Assembly: GCA_964195315.1 (NCBI GenBank)
Contig: CAXMOZ010000113.1
Coordinates: 2,873-66,872, forward strand
Direction: 5' to 3'
DNA length: 64,000 nt
Source: an uncultured Acidimicrobiia bacterium
Lineage (GTDB): Bacteria; Pseudomonadota; Gammaproteobacteria; GCA-001735895
The stretch's first letter is position 1; the number at the start of each line of letters is the position of its first letter. The notes under the pieces were generated by a model, which saw only the letters and a program-made list of their open reading frames with translations, was not told where the DNA came from and searched no databases. Both the position numbers and the translations under genes were made by a program. Below, one piece after another: positions 9,484 to 17,693 of the stretch.

Positions 9484-11718
9484 TTGTCGGACAAACTCTT
9501 AAGTCATTTTGCCAGCTTCGCAATCGCGATACCTTTGTATCGTGTATTCGATTATGCAATTGAGCCTGTTGACTCGATTGGCAATGGCTCGACCGGCACT
9601 GATGCCAATCATATAGGAAAGCGTTTTCGGCTACCCTTCGGCAGCGGTAACAAAATAGGCCTGTTTTTGGATCAGATAGATGATTCATCTGTCGCCCGTG
9701 AGAAAACCAAACAAGCGCTCGAATGTCTGGATGACACGCCGGTTTTATCCGAGCACATGATGGCGCTGGCCTACTGGATGGCAAGCTATTACCTGCAGCC
9801 GCTCGGTGAAGTTATGTTCCAATGCTTGCCAGCCCACCTGCGTAGCGGAAAAAGTGAGAAGCCCGATCGGGTCAAGTACTGGCATGTGCAAACCACTGAT
9901 GGGGCATTGCACGATTCTATTCGGCGGCGGTCACCCAAGCAATTCGAAATACTATTGGCTATCGAGCAATCAACCGGCGGTTTGAATGCTGCGCAATTGA
10001 AGCAAGTCAATAGTAGTTGGTCGAGTCTGATTAAAGCCTTAGAGCTCAAGCAAGCTATTCGTTGGGATTATACGAAACCAGAAACGACTGGCGTCACATT
10101 AGAGTCGCCACCGCAATCGAGTGCCGATCAGTCGCAGGTATTAGCTCAACTCGAAACCCGACTGGATGTTTTCTCCGTGCATCTACTCGATGGCATTACA
10201 GGCAGTGGTAAAACCGAAGTCTATTTTCATCTAATCCAATGGCAATTAACCCAGCGTAAACAGATCATTTATCTGGTGCCAGAAATTGGTTTGACATCAC
10301 AACTTGTAGAGCGTGTACGGCGCCGCTTCGGCGAGCAGTTTGCCATTTCTCACTCGGGTCTTAGTAATCGTCAGCGCTATCTGGCCTGGGAGAAATTTAG
10401 AGCCGGCGACGTCAATATCATGTTGGGCACTCGTTCTAGCCTGTTTTCTCAGAGCGATCGGTTGGGCTTGATTATTATCGATGAAGAGCATGATAGTTCA
10501 TACAAGCAGGTCGATGGTATTCGTTATCATGCCCGTGATGTGGCCATCAAGCGTGCTCAAATGCTTGATATCCCAATTGTACTCGGCACTGCAACGCCCT
10601 CGCTCGAGAGCTTGCATAATTGCGATCGTGAACATTATTTTTATTATCAGTTATCGCAGCGCCCGACTCGACATGCACCGCCTAAAATTGAGTTAGTCGA
10701 CACCAGCAATGTGACGCTGGTATCTGGCTGTTCGCCTTATCTATTGAAGAAGATAGATTGGCATTTAGAGCGCAAGGGGCAGGTGTTACTGTTTTTAAAC
10801 CGACGCGGATTCGCGCCCGTCGTCATGTGCCATGAGTGCGGTTGGCAAGCCAGCTGTGCGCATTGTGATTCAAAGCTGACGTTGCACCATCGCATCAATA
10901 CTTTGTTATGCCATCACTGCGGTCATCGTCAAACAATGCCATTAGCTTGTCCGAAATGTCAGCATGCCGATATCAAGCATTACGGCATTGGCACCGAACA
11001 ACTAGAGCAAGGCATTAAGTGGCGATACCCAGACACGCCCATCATTCGGATAGACCGCGACACGATTGCATCACGTGAGGAATTCGCCAGTCGACTAGCA
11101 CAGATTCAAAGTGGCGAGCCCTGCATTATTATTGGTACGCAAATGATTGCTAAAGGGCATGATTATCCGGCGATTACCTTAAGCGCGATGCTCGATGCTG
11201 ATCAGGCGCTGTTTAGTGCTTCGTACCGTGCCAGCGAACAACTGGTGCAAATGGTATTTCAAGTGTCGGGCAGGTCAGGCAGAGGCGAGGTCAAAGGCGA
11301 AGCTCTGTTACAAACGGCTTACACCGATCACCCGATGATGAAATCACTCGTTAGCGAAAACTATCGCGATATCGTGACGACCATATTGCAAGGACGCAAA
11401 ATGATTGGTTTTCCGCCTTATGCGCGTGTCGTCATGTTTCGAGCCGATGCAATGACCTTAAGTGAAGCCATGGAAAAGCTGGCGGAGATAAAACAAGGGC
11501 TGCAAACCAGCGTCCACATTAAACAGCTCAACTGCATTGGCCCTATTCCCGCATTAATGACGCGCCGAATCGGGCGATACCGAGCGCAACTATGCCTGTT
11601 TAGTCAAGATACGACGAAGCTGCGAGCCGTTTTGCGCGAGACAATGCCGACATTGCAAGCGGTGAAGAATACGTCAACAGTGAAATGGGTGATCGATGTT
11701 GATTCATTTGATATTTAA
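9484..11718 (+). CDS. priA: Primosomal protein N' (replication restart helicase)
   Basis: GITGSGKTEVY, DEEHD, two CxxC zinc clusters, GTQMIAKGHD, QVSGRSGR, FPPY. Confidence 0.97.
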   Translation: MSDKLLSHFASFAIAIPLYRVFDYAIEPVDSIGNGSTGTDANHIGKRFRLPFGSGNKIGLFLDQIDDSSVAREKTKQALECLDDTPVLSEHMMALAYWMASYYLQPLGEVMFQCLPAHLRSGKSEKPDRVKYWHVQTTDGALHDSIRRRSPKQFEILLAIEQSTGGLNAAQLKQVNSSWSSLIKALELKQAIRWDYTKPETTGVTLESPPQSSADQSQVLAQLETRLDVFSVHLLDGITGSGKTEVYFHLIQWQLTQRKQIIYLVPEIGLTSQLVERVRRRFGEQFAISHSGLSNRQRYLAWEKFRAGDVNIMLGTRSSLFSQSDRLGLIIIDEEHDSSYKQVDGIRYHARDVAIKRAQMLDIPIVLGTATPSLESLHNCDREHYFYYQLSQRPTRHAPPKIELVDTSNVTLVSGCSPYLLKKIDWHLERKGQVLLFLNRRGFAPVVMCHECGWQASCAHCDSKLTLHHRINTLLCHHCGHRQTMPLACPKCQHADIKHYGIGTEQLEQGIKWRYPDTPIIRIDRDTIASREEFASRLAQIQSGEPCIIIGTQMIAKGHDYPAITLSAMLDADQALFSASYRASEQLVQMVFQVSGRSGRGEVKGEALLQTAYTDHPMMKSLVSENYRDIVTTILQGRKMIGFPPYARVVMFRADAMTLSEAMEKLAEIKQGLQTSVHIKQLNCIGPIPALMTRRIGRYRAQLCLFSQDTTKLRAVLRETMPTLQAVKNTSTVKWVIDVDSFDI

Positions 11719-11745
11719 GCTATATATCGGATTAAGGCTAGCTGA

Positions 11746-11885
11746 GTAGGCATGATAAGCCACGGTACCATTAGGCTAGACTGCCAATATACCCTAGGCA
11801 GACTATAGCGAGACAATCTTAAGAATCAACCAGGTGTGTTGTTACTGAGGGCTTGCCGGAAAGCGCTTCGCTTTTCACGGCCTAC
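11746..11885. repeat. Composite GTAG-type REP element, copy 2 (inverted relative to copy 1)
   Basis: GTAGGCATGATAAGC at 11746; GCTTGCCGGAAAGCGCTTCGCTTTTCACGGCCTAC ending at 11885. Confidence 0.65.
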
Positions 11886-11935
11886 ACTGCTAACACCTTA
11901 AGTTAAGGCGTAAGAGAGTCTTAAATGCAAAGGTT

Positions 11936-13129
11936 TCAAAATCCGTTTATTGGCTTTAAATCAATATTCCAGGTAGCGGGGTCTTCTAAGCTTGTAATGG
12001 TTTCGCTAGATTTAGCCAGGTTTAGTATTTTAGGGGGTATATTAGACATCGTTGTCGTCGAATAAAAAACCTTCACAATCGGCTTTAACAGCCCCTGGTT
12101 TGATTGGTCAGTCACAACGCCGAGCCGCCCCGAGCTTAGTTTGATTAACGTACCGGCAGGATAAATGCCAACGGTGCTGACAAATGCATTGAAAACTTTC
12201 TCGTCAAAATGGCCGTTTTTCCAGCTAGCCATTTTTCGAATGGACTCGGCAGGCGACCAGCCATCCTTATAACTACGATTTGAAGTGATTGCGTCGTAGA
12301 CGTCGCACACTGCCCCCATCTTGGCAAATAAAGACAGGTTGTCCCCCGTTAATTTTTCAGGATAACCGGTACCATCGACTCTCTCGTGATGGTGTAGGCA
12401 AACATCCCTTGCGATATCATCGACATCTTCTGATTCTTTTAGCATCTCCCAGCCACGTTCTGGATGAGATTTGATTAAGCCAAACTCCTCCTCCGTTAAT
12501 TTCCCTGATTTATTCAAAATCAAATCTGGAATCACCATCTTGCCCACGTCGTGCAGTAGCCCGGCCATACCGAGCGATTTCACAGTATCTTCATCAACAC
12601 CCATTTTCCGGCCCAATGCGATCATCAAGGCGCAAACAGCCACAGAATGCATATAGGTATAGTCATCCTTAGTTTTAAGTCGAGTCAGGCTGATAAGCGC
12701 CGATGGGTTGCGTACCACCGAGAGGTAAATTTCGTTCGCCAGGGGAATCGCATTTTCGGTCTGGAGAGCATTGCCCATGCGCACCTCATTGAACATCGAG
12801 GTCACTACTGTGGCGGCTTTTGTCTGAATCCTACGGGCATTTTCTAACTCTTCTTCGAAACATGCGCTGTGTTCGGTGCAAGAATCTGGCTGCGACACTT
12901 TGACTAATAATGAGGCATCAATATTAACCTTTTCTGGTTCATCAATGTCTTTACCTTTATTAGTATCAATCCAGATATCTCGGATGTTACTGGATTGGAG
13001 TGACTTTAGTTCTTTAGTGGATGACAGTTTGAACGAAGGTTTCCAAAATGGTGAATCGACCCAGTTTCCGCATAGTTGGTGGACATACATACCCACAATG
13101 GCACGTTTAACGGGTATTTTTTTTTGCAT
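11936..13129 (-). CDS. HD-GYP c-di-GMP phosphodiesterase with DUF3391-like N-terminus
   Basis: HSVAV, LHDVGK, HHERVDGTGYP, DVYDAITS; N-terminal 'GMYVHQL..NWVDSPFW'. Confidence 0.92.
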   Translation of the reverse strand: MQKKIPVKRAIVGMYVHQLCGNWVDSPFWKPSFKLSSTKELKSLQSSNIRDIWIDTNKGKDIDEPEKVNIDASLLVKVSQPDSCTEHSACFEEELENARRIQTKAATVVTSMFNEVRMGNALQTENAIPLANEIYLSVVRNPSALISLTRLKTKDDYTYMHSVAVCALMIALGRKMGVDEDTVKSLGMAGLLHDVGKMVIPDLILNKSGKLTEEEFGLIKSHPERGWEMLKESEDVDDIARDVCLHHHERVDGTGYPEKLTGDNLSLFAKMGAVCDVYDAITSNRSYKDGWSPAESIRKMASWKNGHFDEKVFNAFVSTVGIYPAGTLIKLSSGRLGVVTDQSNQGLLKPIVKVFYSTTTMSNIPPKILNLAKSSETITSLEDPATWNIDLKPINGF

Positions 13130-13366
13130 TTTTATCCTGTCTTGAATTTCAAAAGATGAGAATAGTCTGAGGATAGTTCAAGATAATAAAATATTCTTAA
13201 ATTTTAGACAATTATGAAGCCCAGGCAGGCTGTGTTGATAGCGGTAAGTGCAGTGCAGTGCAGTGTCGCGTTTCGGTAATCTGTAGTCGCGAAGATGTAG
13301 GATTAATCAAACTGTAGTGTCTAGTATGCTCTCACTTATAGAATTTTTGAGCGCTGGAGTTTTTGC

Positions 13367-14071
13367 ATGACCGACATAGATGATGACTACGAAGACGATC
13401 TAGATCTTTCAACTTTACCTGATGATGAGCTTGTCGAGCAGATGCACGATGACCTTTACAACGGCTTAAAAGAAGAAATCGCCGAAGGCACAGATATTCT
13501 TTTAGCGCGTGGTTGGAGTGCAAACAAAGTTTTAACCGAAGCATTAGTTGCGGGTATGACTATTGTTGGTATCGACTTCCGAGATGGAATTTTGTTTGTA
13601 CCTGAAGTTTTGATGTCGGCTAACGCAATGAAAGCAGGCATGGCCATTCTGAAACCATTGTTATCTGAATCTGATGAGCCAACTGCCGGTAAAATGGTCA
13701 TCGGGACTGTGAAAGGTGATATCCACGATATTGGCAAAAACCTGGTTTGTATGATGATGGAAGGTGCTGGATTTGAAGTCATCGATCTTGGTATTAATAC
13801 GCCGGTAGAAAAATACCTCGCAGCCCTGGAAGAGCATAAACCTGAAATTTTGGGTATGTCTGCGCTGTTGACGACGACCATGCCTTACATGAAAGTTGTC
13901 ATTGATACTATGAAAGAAAAAGGTATCCGTGACGACTACATCATTCTGGTCGGTGGTGCGCCTTTGAATCAGGAGTTTGGTGATGCCGTCGGCGCTGACG
14001 CTTATTGTCGTGATGCTGCGGTAGCCTCTGAAACAGCCAAGCAATTGGTTGCTGAGTTTCGAGCGCGTTAG
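13367..14071 (+). CDS. Stand-alone corrinoid (B12-binding) protein with cap domain
   Basis: FVPEVL cap helix, GDIHDIGKN (DxHxxG), SALLTTT, VGGAP; acidic N-terminal extension. Confidence 0.93.
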   Translation: MTDIDDDYEDDLDLSTLPDDELVEQMHDDLYNGLKEEIAEGTDILLARGWSANKVLTEALVAGMTIVGIDFRDGILFVPEVLMSANAMKAGMAILKPLLSESDEPTAGKMVIGTVKGDIHDIGKNLVCMMMEGAGFEVIDLGINTPVEKYLAALEEHKPEILGMSALLTTTMPYMKVVIDTMKEKGIRDDYIILVGGAPLNQEFGDAVGADAYCRDAAVASETAKQLVAEFRAR

Positions 14072-14117
14072 CCAGTAGTATTGATTCAAAAATAACTGGT
14101 TTGAGTGTCAATCAAAA

Positions 14118-14741
14118 ATGGACAAATCCGCCTCAATCCTGGTAATAACCTGTGCCGCTGTTGCACGCGAAGTTAATGATATAAAAAAGTTAGGTCAGTG
14201 GTCGCAGATGGATCTGCAAAGTATTACCGCTGACCTGCATGTCACTCCCGAAAAAATCCCCCAGGCCGTTGCCGATAAGATCGACAAAGCACGTGATGCT
14301 TATGATCATATCTTTGTCGCCTATGGTGATTGTGGCACCAGCGGTGAGCTCGACAAGGTACTAGAAGAGCGCGGTGTTAGCCGGTTGCCAGGCGCTCATT
14401 GTTATGACTTTTTAGCTGGTGAAGAAACCTACGCTCAATTACAGGAAGAAGAGCCAGGCACATTCTATTTGACTGATTTCCTGGCTCAGCATTTTCAGCG
14501 TTTAGTCATCGGTACGCTGGGACTGGATAAACACCCTGAGTTGCTGCCGATGTATTTCGGTAACTACACTCGGTTGGTGTATTTGGCGCAAACTGACTCG
14601 AATCAACTCACTGAATTAGCGCGACTGGCAGCCGAACAGCTTGGTTTGCGGTTCGAGCGGTTATTTACTGGCACTGGAGAAATGGTGCCAGCACTCGATG
14701 CTGCGATGCAAAAGGTAATGCGCACAGGGTCAGAAGGGTAG
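14118..14741 (+). CDS. DUF1638 protein (associated with corrinoid reactivation)
   Basis: CAAVARE, LH..P, YGDCGT, GAHCY, EPGTFYLTDF, YF.NY.RLVYLAQ. Confidence 0.85.
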   Translation: MDKSASILVITCAAVAREVNDIKKLGQWSQMDLQSITADLHVTPEKIPQAVADKIDKARDAYDHIFVAYGDCGTSGELDKVLEERGVSRLPGAHCYDFLAGEETYAQLQEEEPGTFYLTDFLAQHFQRLVIGTLGLDKHPELLPMYFGNYTRLVYLAQTDSNQLTELARLAAEQLGLRFERLFTGTGEMVPALDAAMQKVMRTGSEG

Positions 14742-15061
14742 TGCCTGGCATGGCTAAGCTCAAAATAGTTTTCTGGAGAGACATACCCGGCCAGGTGGTG
14801 GTTCGTGAAAATCGTCGTAGCACTCGGTTGCGCTTGTCACCCAAGTTTATGCGAGCAATAGAGCGAGCCGCCTATCGCTTAAAAAAGAGACATAAAGATG
14901 TCTGGTTCGATCCCTGGCATGACGTTGAACAACCTTTTATAGGTGACATCAATGAACAAGGGCGGTTATTAGTAGAGCATATCGAGCAGCAATACTCGGA
15001 ATCTGTTCTGGATCAATTAAGTCGAGCGAGCGGAAAAGAAATCCGCGCTCTAAATGCATAG
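14741..15061 (+). CDS. Small 'virulence factor' domain protein (PF13769-like)
   Basis: IVFWRDIPGQV and F..AI.RAA motifs; translationally coupled within the operon. Confidence 0.7.
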   Translation: MPGMAKLKIVFWRDIPGQVVVRENRRSTRLRLSPKFMRAIERAAYRLKKRHKDVWFDPWHDVEQPFIGDINEQGRLLVEHIEQQYSESVLDQLSRASGKEIRALNA

Positions 15062-15076
15062 TTAGGAGATTAAGTC

Positions 15077-15562
15077 GTGTACTCAGTCCGCCAATGGTCG
15101 GTCACTCATTCCAGAAAGTTGGGGAAATTTTACGACCTGTTTGAGGCAGCTTTATTCAAGTTGCATCCTTTATTCAATGTGATTGGATACGAGCGGCTTG
15201 AAAAGCCTGTCCGTGTTGTCGAGCAAGCCATTAAAGGTTTATTGTTTGATTGCCAAATGTGTGGCCAATGTGCGCTCAGTTCGACCGGTATGTCCTGTTC
15301 AATGAATTGCCCCAAATCGATACGCAATGGCCCTTGTGGTGGCGTGCGTCTGGATGGTCACTGCGAAGTGAAGCCCGAAATGCGTTGTGTTTGGGTTGAA
15401 GCGTGGCGTGGTAGCGCGTTAATGGTGGATACAAATGCGATTCAGCAGGTACAGGTAGCCGTTGATTTTAATTTAAAGGGAAGTTCATCTTGGCTGCGTG
15501 TTGTACGCAAAAGGGCTGAAGCAAAGGCGCTGCTCGACGAAGTTGGCGAGGTGCAATCATGA
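15077..15562 (+). CDS. Methylene-THF reductase C-terminal-like Cys-rich protein (MetV-like)
   Basis: CQMCGQC, CSMNCPK, NGPCGG, CEV, CVW; overlaps the metF start. Confidence 0.85.
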   Translation: MYSVRQWSVTHSRKLGKFYDLFEAALFKLHPLFNVIGYERLEKPVRVVEQAIKGLLFDCQMCGQCALSSTGMSCSMNCPKSIRNGPCGGVRLDGHCEVKPEMRCVWVEAWRGSALMVDTNAIQQVQVAVDFNLKGSSSWLRVVRKRAEAKALLDEVGEVQS

Positions 15563-16566
15563 TTGCTTATGATCAAAATCACCCAGGGAACCCGCTGCCT
15601 GAAAAAGAAGGCCATGTATCGCGTGGACGTTTTGAACGCGTATTACGAGAAGGTCACTTTGCAGTTACCGCCGAACTGGCACCACCAGACTCAGCACTAG
15701 CGACCGATGTTTACGACCGGGCGCGCGTGTTTGATGGATTTGTCGATGGCATGAATGCAACAGACGGCTCGGGCGCGCACTGCCATATGTCGAGTGTCGC
15801 CATGTGCGCGATACTCACTAATGTGGGCTATTCACCCATCATGCAAATTTCCTGTCGCGATAAAAATAGAATCGCAATTCAGGGCGACGTACTGGGTGCG
15901 GCTGCCATGGGTGTTAGTAGCATGCTTTGCCTGAGTGGTGATGGCGTACAGGTTGGTGACCACCCTGAAGCAAAGCCAGTCTTCGATTTAGACAGCATGT
16001 CATTGCTCGAAATCATTCGAGGCATGCGTGATAAATCAACCTTTCTCAGCGGACGTAAAATAACCTCAGCGCCTCAGGTTTTTCTTGGTGCGGCGTCTAA
16101 CCCAACGGCCCCACCGATCCATAATCGGCCCGATCGCTTAGCTAAAAAGATAGCCGCAGGGGCCGACTTTGTTCAAACCCAATATATATATGATGTCGCT
16201 CAGTTTAAGAGCTTTATGGCCAAATCGAGAGATCTTGGGTTGATCGAGAAATGTTTTATTTTGCCGGGTGTAGGGCCACTGGCATCCGCCAGAACAGCCA
16301 ACTGGATACGGACCAACGTACCAGGCATCGATATTCCTGACGCGATTATTGACAGGCTCTCTGGTGCAGAAAACCAAAAGCTGGAAGGCCAAAAAATTTG
16401 TATCGAACTAATCCAGCAACTACGCGAGATCGAAGGTGTCAGTGGCGTCCATGTCATGGCTTATCGTCAGGAAGAGGCGGTTGCCGACATTATTCAGCAA
16501 TCAGGCGTACTAGGCGATCGTAAACCCTGGTATCCGGGGTGTGAAGTTCAGGAACAAATTGCCTAA
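15559..16566 (+). CDS. metF: Methylenetetrahydrofolate reductase
   Basis: TAELAPP, TDG, QISCRDKNR, LSGD, K..AGADFVQTQ, GVHVM. Confidence 0.88.
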   Translation: MIAYDQNHPGNPLPEKEGHVSRGRFERVLREGHFAVTAELAPPDSALATDVYDRARVFDGFVDGMNATDGSGAHCHMSSVAMCAILTNVGYSPIMQISCRDKNRIAIQGDVLGAAAMGVSSMLCLSGDGVQVGDHPEAKPVFDLDSMSLLEIIRGMRDKSTFLSGRKITSAPQVFLGAASNPTAPPIHNRPDRLAKKIAAGADFVQTQYIYDVAQFKSFMAKSRDLGLIEKCFILPGVGPLASARTANWIRTNVPGIDIPDAIIDRLSGAENQKLEGQKICIELIQQLREIEGVSGVHVMAYRQEEAVADIIQQSGVLGDRKPWYPGCEVQEQIA

Positions 16567-16621
16567 GTAGTGCATAACTATCTATTTATTACCTATTAAT
16601 TTACTTTTTGAGGATTAACCA

Positions 16622-17524
16622 ATGACCGAGACGGTCCTTAGCTCAGCTACCAAAGAATTAGTCATCGGATTTGACCGCCCATTCGTTATTATCGGCGAGC
16701 GAATCAACCCAACTGGCCGCAAAATTATGGCCGAAGAAATGAAAAATGGCGATTACAGCCGAGTCGAATCTGACGCTCTGGCGCAGGTTGCTGCTGGCGC
16801 ACACATGCTCGACGTCAATGCTGGCATTCCGTTGGCAGACGAGCCACGTATTTTGGCAGAATCGATCCAGCTAGTTCAAAGCTTAACCGACGTACCCTTA
16901 AGCATTGATTCGTCGATTATTGATGCACTTGAGGCCGGACTGGCCGTTTATAAAGGTAAGGCATTAGTCAATTCGGTAACAGGTGAAGACGAGAGTCTTG
17001 AGCGTGTATTGCCGCTGATTAAGAAATATGGCGCAGCGGTTGTTGCCATTTCCAACGATGAGACGGGTATTTCAGAAGACATCAACGAACGTTATAAAAT
17101 TGCCAAGAAAATTGTAGAGCGTGCTGCAGATTATGGTATACCAGCTTGTGATGTAGTGGTTGATCCGTTGGTAATGCCAATTGGTGCGATCAACTCAGCT
17201 GGAAGAGAAGTGTTGAAATTGATTCATCGTTTGCGTACCGAACTGAAGGTTAATACAACCTGTGGCGCATCAAACGTGAGCTTTGGTCTACCTAATCGAA
17301 ATGGTTTTAACGGCGCATTTATCAGTATGGCGATTCAGGCTGGTATGACATCAGCGATTACTAATCCGTTGCATGCAGAGGTCATTAGTGCCAGCTTAGG
17401 TGCTGACGTGATGATGGGTAAAGATCCAGATTGCGCACGCTGGATTAAGCAATTCCGTGAGCCACCAGCTGAAGGTGCTATTGTTCGTGGCTCTGGTCGT
17501 AGAGGCCGTAGAAGTCGTTCATAA
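16622..17524 (+). CDS. Pterin-binding methyltetrahydrofolate:corrinoid methyltransferase
   Basis: IIGERINPTGRK, LDVNAG, SIDSS, NSV, DPLV, GASNVSFGLP; Arg-rich C-terminus. Confidence 0.9.
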   Translation: MTETVLSSATKELVIGFDRPFVIIGERINPTGRKIMAEEMKNGDYSRVESDALAQVAAGAHMLDVNAGIPLADEPRILAESIQLVQSLTDVPLSIDSSIIDALEAGLAVYKGKALVNSVTGEDESLERVLPLIKKYGAAVVAISNDETGISEDINERYKIAKKIVERAADYGIPACDVVVDPLVMPIGAINSAGREVLKLIHRLRTELKVNTTCGASNVSFGLPNRNGFNGAFISMAIQAGMTSAITNPLHAEVISASLGADVMMGKDPDCARWIKQFREPPAEGAIVRGSGRRGRRSRS

Positions 17525-17532
17525 AAACTAAT

Positions 17533-17672
17533 GGCTCCTTTTAAAATGCACTTTCCCCGCGATTGCCGTGTCAGCGCCGTGCTCGAATCCTCATGTACTA
17601 CTCGTACACTCCGGTTCTGTGCGTGGTGTTTCCTAGCACTCGCGAAAAAGATTACTATTTTTAGAGATACCC
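17533..17672. mobile_element. Palindromic MITE-like element (RPE-like), copy 1
   Basis: About 140 bp; shares AAAATGCACTTT, GTGCTCGAATCCT, ACACTCCGGTTCT and ACTATTTTTAGA with 57554-57698. Confidence 0.75.
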
Positions 17673-17693
17673 ATAAGCTTAAGGTGCTAGTGC

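Noticed and set aside
13130-13366. Cobalamin or SAM riboswitch before the corrinoid operon, and a (GTGCA)3 microrepeat
   Set aside because: No B12-box or SAM core motifs recognised; the microrepeat is too short to be meaningful
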